A stretch of DNA of 57,958 nt from a virus (taxonomy: Duplodnaviria; Heunggongvirae; Uroviricota; Caudoviricetes). Shown piece by piece: positions 40,111 through 50,709 of this stretch. Numbering within the stretch: the stretch's first letter is position 1; every line of letters begins with the position of its first letter. The notes below the pieces were generated by a model. That model was given only the letters and a program-made list of their open reading frames with translations, searched no databases and was not told the DNA's origin. Made by a program: the position numbers and the translations under genes. The stretch covers positions 1 to 57,958 of the IMG/VR virus record IMGVR_UViG_2778261152_000005. One strand, 5' to 3'.

Positions 40111-40230
40111 CCATCCCCTGAATCATCCATTGCTGTGTGTAGTCTTTGCCCGCCTCCCATGACGGGCTTTTTTATACCTGAAAGCGCATTCAGTGCAGTG
40201 CGTTCCCCGACATGAAAAGGAGCACCACCG

Positions 40231-40377
40231 ATGAAACCTGAACACCTCCACCGGCTGACGGGGCGCGACGTGCTCCTTTATCGCCGAAAACAATTCGACA
40301 TCTTCACCGGTCTGGCCCTCGCTACTGCGTTCGGCCTGGCTATTACCTTCATTCTCCTTGTAGCGAGGACTGCTTAA
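40231..40377 (+). CDS. Small membrane peptide (48 aa, not in ORF track)
   Basis: ATG with AAAGGAG upstream; hydrophobic C-terminal half; stop overlaps next gene start (TAATG). Confidence 0.3.
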   Translation: MKPEHLHRLTGRDVLLYRRKQFDIFTGLALATAFGLAITFILLVARTA

Positions 40378-41072
40378 TGCAAATCACCAAAGAACAAGTA
40401 AAAGCCTGGCATGCCTGTACTGATGGCTTCCGCTGGTTTCTGGATAAATTCCCGCAGGGCGGTGCGTATGCCGATGTGCATGGTGCACTGATCGCCGATA
40501 AGCGTTTCGATGACGCGCGCTGGCTGGTCGATAAGATGTACCGCACGCATCTGGATAAAGCTGAATTCATTCAGGCTGAAACTGCTACGACCGACAAAAT
40601 GGTCGGTGAACTCACCAGCATGGAACTTCCATCTGATCAGGAAGAGGGTGAGAACAGCTCCGGCAACTACGCCCGAATCGGCAGCTCCGGCTACGACGCC
40701 CGAATCGGCAGCTCCGGCTACGACGCCCGAATCGGCAGCTCCGGCAACTACGCCCGAATCGGCAGCTCCGGCTACGACGCCCGAATCGGCAGCTCCGGCG
40801 ACGACGCCCAAATCGGCAGCTCCGGCAACTACGCCCGAATCGGCAGCTCCGGCTACAACGCCCAAATCACCGCATCAGGTAAAGGCTCCGTTGTGGCTTG
40901 TGCCGGTAGCGTGCAGCGCATTGTTCTGGGCGAAAACGGCTGTGCATCAGTGCCGTGGCACGACGGGAAACGAACCCGCATTGCAGTGGCTTACGTCGGC
41001 GAGAACGGCATTGAAGCAAACGCCCCATATTACGTGAACGACGAAGGCCAGTTCGTCAAGGTTGAGGATTAA
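40377..41072 (+). CDS. Protein with eight in-frame tandem nonapeptide repeats (SSGYDARIG-type)
   Basis: 231-aa ORF; 27-bp tandem repeat at 40656-40871 encodes SSGNYARIG/SSGYDARIG/SSGDDAQIG units. Confidence 0.55.
   Translation: MQITKEQVKAWHACTDGFRWFLDKFPQGGAYADVHGALIADKRFDDARWLVDKMYRTHLDKAEFIQAETATTDKMVGELTSMELPSDQEEGENSSGNYARIGSSGYDARIGSSGYDARIGSSGNYARIGSSGYDARIGSSGDDAQIGSSGNYARIGSSGYNAQITASGKGSVVACAGSVQRIVLGENGCASVPWHDGKRTRIAVAYVGENGIEANAPYYVNDEGQFVKVED
40656..40871. repeat. 8 x 27-bp near-perfect tandem repeat inside a coding sequence
   Basis: Unit AGCTCCGGC(TAC/AAC)(GAC/TAC)GCCCGAATCGGC repeated head-to-tail in frame. Confidence 0.85.
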
Positions 41073-41075
41073 TCC

Positions 41076-42011
41076 ATGAGCTTAGAAGCAAATCTCGAAC
41101 TTAACAACAAACTGCTGACGCAGCAGAACGAGCTGCAGGTGCGTAATATCGCTCTGCTGGAACAACTGGTGCAGTCCCTGACCTCTGGTGCATCACTGAG
41201 CGCCAGCACACCATTGCAGGTGCAGGAGTACCACGAATCAGCATCGGATACGGCCAAAGAGCAGACAAAAGCGCTGACGCTGGACGATCTGCAGTTTAGT
41301 GATGTTATCGCGATGGCCGGCTTCTACCCGGTGGCTAAACCTATTACCGCAGAAATGCTGCAACGCGCTATCGATTACCGCGATGCTGAAGGCGATAAGC
41401 GAGTCGTACAAATTGACGCTCTGGATTGCGCTTTGCAAGGGGTGAAGCGTGCAAAAGAACTCCATCAGCCCGCGCTGCTGGATCTCTCCCGTCATATTCT
41501 TAGTTGTTGGGACGATTTACCCACTATCGAATCCCGTCGTGACTTTGCCGAACGACTGCTGAATACGCCAAACGGCGAAAGGCATACGGTTCAGCCGAAA
41601 AAGGTCAACGGAAAAGGCCAACAAGCAGAAGAACGCTCCGGGCCGTTCTACTGCAAGAACGCCGATGGTTCCGCCGCCAGCGAACTCCATACCTTACGCA
41701 AGCTGAACGAGCTGCTTAAAAAGGGCCATATCGAGATCAACCGCGTTGAGTATCTCCAACTGCAGGAAGAATTCGCGCGTAAAGATGCAGCAAACAGCGG
41801 TAAGGATAAAGACGCCGGAACGGATGATACTCCTGATTTTTCTGCACTGCGTAAACAGGCTGAAGGGTTGATCCTCCAGTTGGCGAAGGGTGGTTACCGT
41901 GCCGAGGCTGTGGCGATTCTGGAGAAACAGGGAGCCAAAAAACTCGGCGAAGTTGCTGACGAGAATCTCGCAGACGTTATCGCTCAGGCTGAAAAAGCAC
42001 TGGAGGGTTAA
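41076..42011 (+). CDS. Hypothetical protein with N-terminal coiled-coil (311 aa)
   Basis: ORF closely packed with neighbouring genes. Confidence 0.45.
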   Translation: MSLEANLELNNKLLTQQNELQVRNIALLEQLVQSLTSGASLSASTPLQVQEYHESASDTAKEQTKALTLDDLQFSDVIAMAGFYPVAKPITAEMLQRAIDYRDAEGDKRVVQIDALDCALQGVKRAKELHQPALLDLSRHILSCWDDLPTIESRRDFAERLLNTPNGERHTVQPKKVNGKGQQAEERSGPFYCKNADGSAASELHTLRKLNELLKKGHIEINRVEYLQLQEEFARKDAANSGKDKDAGTDDTPDFSALRKQAEGLILQLAKGGYRAEAVAILEKQGAKKLGEVADENLADVIAQAEKALEG

Positions 42012-42013
42012 TT

Positions 42014-43315
42014 ATGCCAGACGTTCACGCACGACTTTCACCGTCTTCAGCGCATCGGTGGATGCGTTGCCCCGGTAGCCTGGCGCTGGAAGCCACTCAG
42101 CCAGACAAAGAAACGTCCTTCGCTTTAGAAGGTACCGCAGCGCATTCGCTTGCCGAAAAGGTGCTGCGCAACCGCCAGAATCACCCGGAACACTATGCGG
42201 GTTGCAATGTAGCGATGTTTCTCGGTTCTTATCCTCTTGCCGAGCTCCCGGATGATACTTCCAGCCCGCAGGTAGATGAGGAAATGGTCGAAGCCGTTGG
42301 CCGTTACGTCGACACCGTCTGGACGCTGTCGCAGGGTCATGAGCTCCTGGTCGAGCAGCGTGTCGACTTCTCCCACATCGTGGGGGTCGAAGAATCATTC
42401 GGCACCGCTGACGGCGTAATCATCGCAGGTAACGAGCTGCAGATCCACGACCTGAAATATGGTAAGGGTGTGCGGGTCGATGCCGAGCAGAACGAGCAGC
42501 TGCAGCTCTATGCTCTGGGCGCGCTTGAGCAGTTCAGCATGCTGTACGACTTTGAAACGGTGCGTCTGTTCATCCACCAGCCACGACTTAACCACGTTTC
42601 AGAGTGGGCGCTGACGGTGGAAGAACTCCAGGCGTTCGGCGAACGGGCGCAGGAAGCGGCGGCTAATGTGATCGTGATGTTCAACATTGCCGATTGCGAA
42701 GGCGTCGAAACCCTGCCGCTGGAAAACTTCACTCCTGGTGAAAAACAGTGCCGGTTCTGCAAAGCCAAAGCCGTCTGCACTGCACAGAAAATGCAGCACA
42801 TGCAAACAGCTGCCGGCGAATTCGAAGATCTGACAAAACCGGTTAGCGAAATCGTCACTGATGCCAGCTCACGCGTACCACTACTCACCATAGAGGAACT
42901 GGCGGAGATCTACAGCCAGGCCGACGCTATCGAATCATGGCTAAAGGCTGTGCGCGACCGGGTGAACAGTGAGCTGAACGCCGGGCATCCGGTACCGGGC
43001 TTTAAGCTGGTTACTGGCAAACAGGGCAATCGTGCCTGGAGCGATGAAGAAGCCGCCCGCGCGCTGCTGAAAGACCAGTTCCGTTATAAAACTGAGGAGG
43101 TTTTCGACCTTAAGCTGATTAGCCCAACCAAAGCCGAGAAGCTCATCAAAAAGGCCAGCCCTCGCCGCTGGACAAAGGTCGAAGCGCTGATCACTCGCGC
43201 TGACGGAAAGCCCTCCGTTGCACCTGAATCCGACCCGCGCCCTGCGCTAAATATCAACCCTGTTAACGATTTCGACGACTTGTCCGACGACGCGCTCGCC
43301 GCAGACCTCATCTGA
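42014..43315 (+). CDS. DUF2800-like PD-(D/E)xK (Cas4/RecB-like) nuclease
   Basis: N-terminal …[15 protein letters not shown]… signature and C-terminal Cys cluster (…[10 protein letters not shown]…). Confidence 0.6.
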   Translation: MPDVHARLSPSSAHRWMRCPGSLALEATQPDKETSFALEGTAAHSLAEKVLRNRQNHPEHYAGCNVAMFLGSYPLAELPDDTSSPQVDEEMVEAVGRYVDTVWTLSQGHELLVEQRVDFSHIVGVEESFGTADGVIIAGNELQIHDLKYGKGVRVDAEQNEQLQLYALGALEQFSMLYDFETVRLFIHQPRLNHVSEWALTVEELQAFGERAQEAAANVIVMFNIADCEGVETLPLENFTPGEKQCRFCKAKAVCTAQKMQHMQTAAGEFEDLTKPVSEIVTDASSRVPLLTIEELAEIYSQADAIESWLKAVRDRVNSELNAGHPVPGFKLVTGKQGNRAWSDEEAARALLKDQFRYKTEEVFDLKLISPTKAEKLIKKASPRRWTKVEALITRADGKPSVAPESDPRPALNINPVNDFDDLSDDALAADLI

Positions 43316-43330
43316 TTAAGGAACGACTCC

Positions 43331-43879
43331 ATGAAAATTAAACTGAACAATGTCCGCCTGGCCTTCCCTGCTCTGTTTGAAGCAAAAACCGTGAACGGCG
43401 AAGGCGACCCGCGCTTCTCTGCTGTTTTCCTGATGGATCCGAAACATCCGCAACTGGATGAAGTCCGCAAAGCGCTTAAGCAGGTGGCGAAGGAAAAATG
43501 GGGTGAGAAGTGGGAAACCATTTACAACCAGCTGGAGAAAAAGCTCAACCTCTGCCTGCATGACGGTGACGAGAAAGCCGAATACGAAGGCTTCCCGGGT
43601 AACTTCTTCCTGAACGCTGCCAACAAAGCGCGCCCGGCGGTTATCGATCGCGACCGTTCTCCGCTAATCCAGGCTGATGGCCGTCCTTACGCCGGTTGCT
43701 ACGTCAACGCGGTGATCGACATCTGGGCGCAGGACAACAACTTCGGCAAACGTGTTAACGCATCGCTGGGTGGAGTCCAGTTCCTGCGCGACGGTGACGC
43801 CTTCGCTGGCGGCGGTGTTGCTGCCCCTGACGACTTCGACGACATCAGTGAAGGCGCTGACGCCGACGCACTTATTTAA
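43331..43879 (+). CDS. DUF2815-like phage ssDNA-binding protein
   Basis: MKIKLNNVRLAFPALFEAKTVNGEGDPRFSAVFL… pattern; paired with DUF2800 and PolA genes. Confidence 0.55.
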   Translation: MKIKLNNVRLAFPALFEAKTVNGEGDPRFSAVFLMDPKHPQLDEVRKALKQVAKEKWGEKWETIYNQLEKKLNLCLHDGDEKAEYEGFPGNFFLNAANKARPAVIDRDRSPLIQADGRPYAGCYVNAVIDIWAQDNNFGKRVNASLGGVQFLRDGDAFAGGGVAAPDDFDDISEGADADALI

Positions 43880-43912
43880 CCCAATCCATCTCTGACTCAC
43901 CTAGGACTGAAT

Positions 43913-44056
43913 ATGGACAATTACACGCTAACTGAAGACCAGGCAATCGCGCTACGAAACTTTATCGGGGAGTACTGGACCGATTTCCTTCAGAGCACCA
44001 GCTTAACAGAAGCGGAAGCCGAAACCCTTTACGAAGCCCTCGGCGGCGAAAACTAA
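43913..44056 (+). CDS. Hypothetical small protein (47 aa, not in ORF track)
   Basis: ATG with AGGA upstream, in the gap between the DUF2815 and polymerase genes. Confidence 0.25.
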   Translation: MDNYTLTEDQAIALRNFIGEYWTDFLQSTSLTEAEAETLYEALGGEN

Positions 44057-44132
44057 TCCACACCCACCCGGCCATGCGCCGGGTGTTTTGCAAAGAGCCT
44101 CCCTTTTCGCAAAGCACCCGCGAGGAATATCT

Positions 44133-46199
44133 ATGCCTGAAACCATTCTCTGGGGCGACCTGGAAACCTATTGCGAGATACCCATCACGAACGGCACGCA
44201 CGCTTATGCGGAAGGTGTCGAAGTGATGTTGTTTGCCTGGGCCATCGGCGACGAGCCGGTTAGCGTCTGGGATCTGATTGCTGGCGAACCTATCCCCAGC
44301 AGGCTGCGGAAGGCCATTGCCGATCCCGACACTCTGCTTTATTTCCACAATTCACATTTTGACCGTACGGTGCTGCGCCATGCAATGCCGGAGCTGGCGC
44401 CGGACGTTACCCGCTGGCACGACACGATGGTGCAGGCGCTGGCGCACAGCCTCCCCGGCGCGCTGGGGGCACTCTGTGAGGTGCTGGGCGTACCGCAGGA
44501 CAAGGCGAAGGACAAAGAAGGTAAAGCACTGATTCAGCTGTTCTGTAAGCCACGTCCGAAGAACAGCAAGCTGCGCCGCGCAACCAGCAAAACGCACCCG
44601 GTAGAGTGGCAGAGGTTCGTTGCCTACGCCGGGCTGGATATCGAGGCGATGCGCGAAGTTTATAAGCGGCTACCGAAGTGGAACTATCAGGGCGCCGAGC
44701 TGGCGTTATGGCATCGTGACCAGCGGATCAACGACCGCGGCGTATGCATGGATGTGCAGCTCGCACAGGCCGCCATCGAAGCGGTAGACCTTGAACAGAA
44801 AAGGCTGGCAAAGCGCACGCAGGTGATGACCGACGGCGAAGTACAGGCGGCCACACAGCGCGATGCGATGATTAAGCACATTGTCGAATCGTACGGCGTC
44901 GAGCTGCCGGATATGCAGCGCAGCACGCTGGAACGTCGCATCGCCGACCCTGACCTGCCGTCACCGGTGAAAGAGCTGCTGGCTATCCGCCTGCAGGCCA
45001 GCACCACGAGCACCAGTAAGTACAAATCGCTGATGAAGGGTATCAGCAGCGACGGGCGTCTGCGCGGTACGCTGCAATTCTGCGGCGCATCGCGTACCGG
45101 GCGCTGGGCCGGGCGGTTATTCCAGCCCCAGAACCTGCCCCGCCCGACGCTTGAGCAGGAACGCATCGATGAAGGCATCGAGGCGCTTAAATCCGGCTGC
45201 GCCGATCTGCTTTTCGATAATGTCATGGAGCTGACCAGTTCGGCGCTGCGCGGTTGCATTATGGCGCCGGCGGGTAAAAAGCTGGTTGTATCTGACCTGT
45301 CGAACATCGAAGGCCGAAAGCTGGCCTGGCTTGCCGGTGAGCAGTGGAAACTTGACGCATTCCGGCAGTACGACGAGGGCACTGGCCCCGACCTTTATAA
45401 GCTGGCCTACGCCAAAGCATTCAACATCACCCCGGAAGAAGTGACCAAATATCAGCGCCAGATAGGCAAGGTGATGGAACTGGGCCTCGGGTTTGGTGGA
45501 GGTGTCGCGGCGTTCCTGACCTTCGCACTGGTTTACGGCCTCGATCTTGAGGAACTGGCAACCGCAGCGCTGCCGAATATCCCGCGCGATGTGCGGCGCG
45601 AGGCTCAGAGCTGGTATGACGAATCGGTTAAACGCAAAGCGACGTATGGGCTATCGGAGCGCGTATTCATCGCTTGCGATTCGCTTAAGCGCCTGTGGCG
45701 CCGGGCACACCCGAAAACCTGCGATTTCTGGTACCAACTCGAGCGCACTGTCCGTGCCGCTATTGTCACCCCTAAGAAAACACTCTATTGCGGCTATCTG
45801 AAAGTGCGCCGCGATGGCGCATGGCTGCGTATCCAGTTGCCGTCCGGGCGCGCACTCTGCTACCCGTCGCCGTCGATTGAGAAAGGAAATATCACCTACA
45901 TGGGGATTAACTCCTACTCGCGGAAATGGCAACGGCTCAAAACCTACGGCGGAAAGCTGGTCGAAAACGTAACACAGGCCGCCGCCCGCGACGTTCTGGC
46001 CGGGAACATGCCGCTGATCGAGGATGCCGGTTACAGCATTGTGCTGACGGTACACGATGAAGTGATCACCGAAGCGCCGGACACTGACGATTTCAACGAT
46101 AAAGCACTCTCCGCGCTGCTCTCCACTAACCCCGAATGGGCGCCCGATATCCCGCTGAACGCTGGCGGCTTCGAGGCGTATCACTACCGTAAGGATTAA
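44133..46199 (+). CDS. Family A DNA polymerase (3'-5' exonuclease plus polymerase)
   Basis: Start at ATG 44133 with GAGGA upstream; N-terminal exonuclease-like …[11 protein letters not shown]… and later …HDEVITEAP…; track ORF begins at 44088. Confidence 0.7.
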   Translation: MPETILWGDLETYCEIPITNGTHAYAEGVEVMLFAWAIGDEPVSVWDLIAGEPIPSRLRKAIADPDTLLYFHNSHFDRTVLRHAMPELAPDVTRWHDTMVQALAHSLPGALGALCEVLGVPQDKAKDKEGKALIQLFCKPRPKNSKLRRATSKTHPVEWQRFVAYAGLDIEAMREVYKRLPKWNYQGAELALWHRDQRINDRGVCMDVQLAQAAIEAVDLEQKRLAKRTQVMTDGEVQAATQRDAMIKHIVESYGVELPDMQRSTLERRIADPDLPSPVKELLAIRLQASTTSTSKYKSLMKGISSDGRLRGTLQFCGASRTGRWAGRLFQPQNLPRPTLEQERIDEGIEALKSGCADLLFDNVMELTSSALRGCIMAPAGKKLVVSDLSNIEGRKLAWLAGEQWKLDAFRQYDEGTGPDLYKLAYAKAFNITPEEVTKYQRQIGKVMELGLGFGGGVAAFLTFALVYGLDLEELATAALPNIPRDVRREAQSWYDESVKRKATYGLSERVFIACDSLKRLWRRAHPKTCDFWYQLERTVRAAIVTPKKTLYCGYLKVRRDGAWLRIQLPSGRALCYPSPSIEKGNITYMGINSYSRKWQRLKTYGGKLVENVTQAAARDVLAGNMPLIEDAGYSIVLTVHDEVITEAPDTDDFNDKALSALLSTNPEWAPDIPLNAGGFEAYHYRKD

Positions 46200-46204
46200 T
46201 CGCT

Positions 46205-46417
46205 ATGGCACAAGGTAACGTAGAAAATTTCGCAATCATTGTGTTAGTCAACGGCCGCACATCACAGGTCGAACTAACAACATCGCAAAAACGTTTGTTC
46301 GCAAAGTTAACACTCGGCGCGCTCAACGATAGTGGCCCTCTGAAACTTATGCCAATCGACGACATGGTCCAGTTACAACCCGACACCGAAGCATTTTCAG
46401 ACGGTGATCCGCTATGA
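46205..46417 (+). CDS. Hypothetical small protein
   Basis: Tightly packed; stop overlaps next start. Confidence 0.4.
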   Translation: MAQGNVENFAIIVLVNGRTSQVELTTSQKRLFAKLTLGALNDSGPLKLMPIDDMVQLQPDTEAFSDGDPL

Positions 46418-46626
46418 AATTCATTTTTATGGTGATGGATAGTCGTGCGCAGTTCGATATCGACAGCGCCGCCATTCTGGAATGCTGCGGCGATAAACAA
46501 CCCACCTGGCGCACTCTGCGCAGAGACTGGGGTGATCAGGGCGCAGTTCTGGTCCGCTTTCGTCTGGTACCAAACACTAACAGCGAAGTCGCTACCGACC
46601 CCGAAGTTGTCGGCACCATCAACTGA
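46414..46626 (+). CDS. Hypothetical small protein
   Basis: Overlapping start/stop with the upstream gene. Confidence 0.4.
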   Translation: MKFIFMVMDSRAQFDIDSAAILECCGDKQPTWRTLRRDWGDQGAVLVRFRLVPNTNSEVATDPEVVGTIN

Positions 46627-46637
46627 GGTAACCCCCT

Positions 46638-46856
46638 ATGGCATTTAAGTATCGGGACAGTCCGCTTTATTACCGGACTGCGCGGGAGGCTTTGCGCCTT
46701 GAGCAGTCCGGCGAGTATGACCGGGCGGCAAAAGTCTGGGCCAAAGCAAACCGCGAATCACGTAACGAACTGAATCAGGACTGGAGCGAACGCCGGTCTG
46801 ATTTTTGCCTGATGCAGAACATGCGCGAAAAGCGTAAGGCGGTGGACGATGCCTAA
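46638..46856 (+). CDS. Hypothetical small protein
   Basis: ORF overlapping the next gene start. Confidence 0.4.
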   Translation: MAFKYRDSPLYYRTAREALRLEQSGEYDRAAKVWAKANRESRNELNQDWSERRSDFCLMQNMREKRKAVDDA

Positions 46857-47043
46857 CATCGACAACAAGGGGTGGGGTTTTCCCGCTCTGTCGAAAAAAG
46901 CGCATTTCTTTAATTCGGGGGAAGCCATATCACTATGCGGTAAATGGATGTTCACCGGCATCAGGATTGATGAATGGCATGAACACCCTGAGAACTGCGC
47001 TACCTGCATGAAGAAACGCAAAAAACAGGAAGGCGAAAAATAA
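46849..47043 (+). CDS. Hypothetical small Cys-containing protein (possible zinc ribbon)
   Basis: …SLCGKW…ENCATCMKK…. Confidence 0.4.
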   Translation: MPNIDNKGWGFPALSKKAHFFNSGEAISLCGKWMFTGIRIDEWHEHPENCATCMKKRKKQEGEK

Positions 47044-47312
47044 TGGCTTACGAACGTGAAAGCCTCATCGAAAAGCACCTCGTCGCCGAAGTGAAAAAGT
47101 CTGGCGGGGTCGCCTTTAAGTTCGTTTCACCCGGTCGCCGCTCGGTACCGGATCGCATTGTCCTGCTACCCGGCGGCCGCCTCGTTTTCGTTGAATGCAA
47201 AGCACCCGGCAAAGCACCACGCGCCGACCAGCTGCGCGAGCACGAACGATTGCGCGCGCTGGGCTTTACCGTGGTGGTGTTGGATAGCAAAAATCTGGAG
47301 GGGATATTGTGA
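47043..47312 (+). CDS. VRR-NUC domain nuclease
   Basis: …SVPDRIVLLPGGRLVFVECKAPGKAPRADQLREHERLRALGFTVVVL… carries the PD-(D/E)xK D…E-C-K arrangement typical of VRR-NUC. Confidence 0.65.
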   Translation: MAYERESLIEKHLVAEVKKSGGVAFKFVSPGRRSVPDRIVLLPGGRLVFVECKAPGKAPRADQLREHERLRALGFTVVVLDSKNLEGIL

Positions 47313-47815
47313 ATCTTCCGGCCATTCTCGACATGTGCTGCGGTTCTCGTATGTTTTGGTTTAACAAAAGCGACCCGCGCGCCGTGTATTTGGATGCCCG
47401 TAGCGAGTCACACGTGCTTTGCGATAACAGGAAGTTGGAGATTCGCCCGGACGTACTCGGTGATTTCAGACAGTTGCCATTTGCCGACGGTCAATTTTTA
47501 CAGGTGATATACGATCCCCCTCATCTGCGCCGCGCCGGGCCTAACGGCTGGATGCGAAAAAAGTATGGCCAGTTGGATAAAGAGAACTGGCGTGAAGATC
47601 TTCGCGCAGGATTCGCAGAAGCATTTCGCGTGCTGGCACCCGGCGGCACGTTAATTTTCAAATGGAATGCTACGCAGATCCCTGTCCGCCAAATTATAGA
47701 ATTAACCGACCAGCAACCTACTATCTGGCAACGCACTGGCAAAGCAGATAAAACCCACTGGATAGTATTTTTAAAAGCCGTAGAGGGGTACCAGAACGGA
47801 TATGACCTCATCTAA
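47309..47815 (+). CDS. Putative small DNA methyltransferase (DPPH motif)
   Basis: …LDMCCGSRMFW… then …VIYDPPHLRR…; unusually short (168 aa), so assignment is tentative. Confidence 0.45.
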   Translation: MNLPAILDMCCGSRMFWFNKSDPRAVYLDARSESHVLCDNRKLEIRPDVLGDFRQLPFADGQFLQVIYDPPHLRRAGPNGWMRKKYGQLDKENWREDLRAGFAEAFRVLAPGGTLIFKWNATQIPVRQIIELTDQQPTIWQRTGKADKTHWIVFLKAVEGYQNGYDLI

Positions 47816-49202
47816 AATTTTCACCCCCCGCCCTTATCAAGACCTCATCATCAACCACGAAATCGACATCCTGCGCTGCAACATCTGGGCGGGCATGGGC
47901 ATGGGTAAAACCGTGGCGACGCTCACCACGCTGGAAGATCTCTTTATGGCGGGCGCAGAGACTCAGCCCGCGCTGGTTCTCGCGCCGCTGCGCGTGGCGG
48001 CCAGCACCTGGCCGGATGAAGCGGTTAAATGGGGGCATCTGCGCAATATCGAGGTACAGCCGATTGTTGGTAATGCCAAAGCGCGCGCGGCAGCGCTGGC
48101 GAACAGCAACGCCAGCGTGTTTACCATCAACTACGACAATCTGGTCTGGCTGGTGGAAGAACTGGGCGGCCGCTGGCCGTTCGGTACCGTTATCCCCGAC
48201 GAAAGCACCCGGCTGAAATCCTTCCGGCTGCGCGGTGGCGGTAAGCGCGCGGCGGCGCTGGGCAAAGTGGCACATAAACATATCCGACGCTGGATGAATC
48301 TCACTGGTACGCCAGCGCCAAACGGCCTGGTGGATTTGTGGGGGCAGGCGTGGTTTGTGGATCAGGGGCAGCGCCTCGGGCGAACTTACGGCGCGTTTAC
48401 CTCCCGCTGGTTCAACTCAATACAGTTTCCGGGGCAGAGCTGGACGAAGCTGGAACCGTTCACCCATTCGCAGGACGAAATACAGCGGGCACTGGCCGAC
48501 GTCACTATCTCCCTGGACGCCGCCGACTGGTTCGATATCAAAGAGCCTATCCATAACGTGATCCGCGTAGACATGCCGCCGAAGGCTCGCCAGCAGTATC
48601 GTGAAATGGAAAAGGAAATGTTCCTCGAGCTGAACGGCGAAGGCATCGAAGCGCCTAACGCCGCGGCAAAAACGGTGAAGTGTCTGCAAATCGCCAGCGG
48701 CGCGGTGTACACCGACGACGCCGGGAGCTGGTCAGAACTGCACGACGCGAAGCTGCAGGCGCTGGACAGTATTCTCACCGAAGCAGCTGGCGCGCCGGTA
48801 CTGGTGGCCTACCACTGGAAACACGACCTCGAGCGTTTGCTTAAAGCATTCCCTCGCGGTCGCCACCTCGACCAGGATCCACAGACGCTGCGCGACTGGA
48901 ACGCCGGAAAGATACCGGTTCTGTTCGCACACCCGGCCAGCGCAGGCCACGGCCTGAATATGCAGGACGGTGGCAACATATTGGTGTTTTTCTCGCACTG
49001 GTGGGACCTGGAACAGTACCAGCAAATTATCGAACGCATCGGTCCAACCCGGCAGATTCAGGCCGGACACAACCGCCCGGTGTTCATTCACCACATTATC
49101 GTCGCCGACACTATGGACGAAATGGTGATGGAACGCCGCAACTCAAAACGAACAGTGCAGGACATCCTGCTCGATGCCATGAAAAAGAGAGGTATAGCAT
49201 GA
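47802..49202 (+). CDS. SNF2-family superfamily-2 helicase
   Basis: …GMGMGKTVATL… Walker A and …VIPDESTRLK… DExx box. Confidence 0.7.
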   Translation: MTSSKIFTPRPYQDLIINHEIDILRCNIWAGMGMGKTVATLTTLEDLFMAGAETQPALVLAPLRVAASTWPDEAVKWGHLRNIEVQPIVGNAKARAAALANSNASVFTINYDNLVWLVEELGGRWPFGTVIPDESTRLKSFRLRGGGKRAAALGKVAHKHIRRWMNLTGTPAPNGLVDLWGQAWFVDQGQRLGRTYGAFTSRWFNSIQFPGQSWTKLEPFTHSQDEIQRALADVTISLDAADWFDIKEPIHNVIRVDMPPKARQQYREMEKEMFLELNGEGIEAPNAAAKTVKCLQIASGAVYTDDAGSWSELHDAKLQALDSILTEAAGAPVLVAYHWKHDLERLLKAFPRGRHLDQDPQTLRDWNAGKIPVLFAHPASAGHGLNMQDGGNILVFFSHWWDLEQYQQIIERIGPTRQIQAGHNRPVFIHHIIVADTMDEMVMERRNSKRTVQDILLDAMKKRGIA

Positions 49203-49387
49203 CACCGGTTATCTCTGACACTGACCTGATTAACATCAAAGAGGTTGAGCGCTCTGTTGGCCTGAAAAAATCCAGCATTTATGAGCGCATCAGTAATAAC
49301 GAGTTTCCGAAGCCTAAGAAGCTCGGGAGCCGAACCTCCCGCTGGGTACGCGGCGAGGTCGAAGAGTGGAAAAAACAGTTTCTTTAA
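49199..49387 (+). CDS. AlpA-family transcriptional regulator / excisionase
   Basis: 62 aa, …LINIKEVERSVGLKKSSIYERISNNEFPKPKKLGSRTSRWVRGEVEEW…; convergent with the integrase. Confidence 0.7.
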   Translation: MTPVISDTDLINIKEVERSVGLKKSSIYERISNNEFPKPKKLGSRTSRWVRGEVEEWKKQFL

Positions 49388-50646
49388 ATCAAACGAAGCT
49401 GGTCAATATAATCCGCATACCACTGCATCATTTCCCGACGCCCTTCCATATACAGGGCATGGTTATAAACCCCGCGTATATTGTTCTTGTCCACGTGGGC
49501 GATCTGGAGTTCAACCCAGTCAGAGTTGAATCCTTTATCGTTCAGGATAGTGCTGAACGTATGCCGGAAGCCATGCCCTACTACCCTCCCCTTATACCCC
49601 AGCGTGTGGATCATCCTGTTTATTGTGTTCTCGCTCATGACCTTTGACGGGTCATTCCTGCCGGGGAACATATTCACGTATCGACCTGTCAGCCCGTGCA
49701 GTTCTTTTAGCAAGACGACAAGCTGATCGGAAAGAGGTACCAGGTGCGGGCGGTCCATCTTCATAAATTCGGCGGGTATCTCCCACAGCCGATTATCGAA
49801 ATCTACCCATTCCCATTTTGAATGCCGCAGTTCGTAAGTACGCAGCCCCGCCAGCATCATGATCTGCAACCCCAGCCGGGGCAGCGGGCTCCCCTTGTAA
49901 CTCTCAAGCGCCGCGAGAAAATCAGGCAGTTCCTCCGCCGTCAGGAACGGGAAGGACTCTCCTTTATGCCCGGTCATTGCGCTATTCAGTTCGCTGACGG
50001 GGTTATACTTCGCGCGCCCAGTCGCAACTGCATAGCTGAATACTTCACCGCACCACCGGCGCGTTTTGGCTGCTTTCTCGGTTGCGCCGCGATTCTCAAT
50101 TTTGCGCAGTGCCCTCAGCATCTGGACAGGCTCGATTTCAGCAACTGGCAGCTTACCCACCGCTGGGAAAATATCTTTGTTGAATGCTTCGAGAATGTCA
50201 GAGGCATAGCCAGGCGACCAGCGCGGCTTCTTGAATTCATGCCATTCTATCGCGATCTCTTTTAACGTGATCGTCTTTACTGCCGCAGCTGCGGCATGGC
50301 TTTTGACTTTTACCGGGTCAACACCTGCCGCAACGTTACGCCGGGCCTCGTCGCGTTTTTCGCGAGCGGCCGCCAGCGAAACAGCCGGGTATACCCCGAG
50401 CGCCAGCATCTTTTCTTTACCGGCGAAAGTATAGCGATAGCGCCAGTATTTTGCCCCGCTGGTTTTCACCAGCAGGATAAGCCCGTTGCCGTCTGGCAGC
50501 TTATAGTCTTTCTCGGCAGGCTTTGCCGTCTCGACCTGTCGCGCGTTTAGTTTCATAGGTACCCGCCTCAAACTCAGATACCCGATTATGTACCCGTTTT
50601 TAATTTGGATTGCAACGGCAAAAGGTGGATTATGGCGGACAAACAA
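49384..50646 (-). CDS. P4-type tyrosine integrase
   Basis: 420 aa; N-terminal arm-binding pattern (…LPDGNGLILLVKTSGAKYWRYRYTFAGKEKMLALGVYP…) and C-terminal …GHGFRHTFST…; next to the tRNA-Thr 3' fragment. Confidence 0.85.
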   Translation of the reverse strand: MFVRHNPPFAVAIQIKNGYIIGYLSLRRVPMKLNARQVETAKPAEKDYKLPDGNGLILLVKTSGAKYWRYRYTFAGKEKMLALGVYPAVSLAAAREKRDEARRNVAAGVDPVKVKSHAAAAAVKTITLKEIAIEWHEFKKPRWSPGYASDILEAFNKDIFPAVGKLPVAEIEPVQMLRALRKIENRGATEKAAKTRRWCGEVFSYAVATGRAKYNPVSELNSAMTGHKGESFPFLTAEELPDFLAALESYKGSPLPRLGLQIMMLAGLRTYELRHSKWEWVDFDNRLWEIPAEFMKMDRPHLVPLSDQLVVLLKELHGLTGRYVNMFPGRNDPSKVMSENTINRMIHTLGYKGRVVGHGFRHTFSTILNDKGFNSDWVELQIAHVDKNNIRGVYNHALYMEGRREMMQWYADYIDQLRLI

Positions 50647-50709
50647 AACGCCTAATATGGCGAATTTAAAGGAAAAATGGAGGACTAAGGATGTTAGCGG
50701 ATTAAAAAA

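Noticed and set aside
40656-40871. Tandem repeat array considered as a possible CRISPR
   Set aside because: Units are contiguous 27-bp copies with no spacers, in frame inside a coding sequence, and no cas genes are present.
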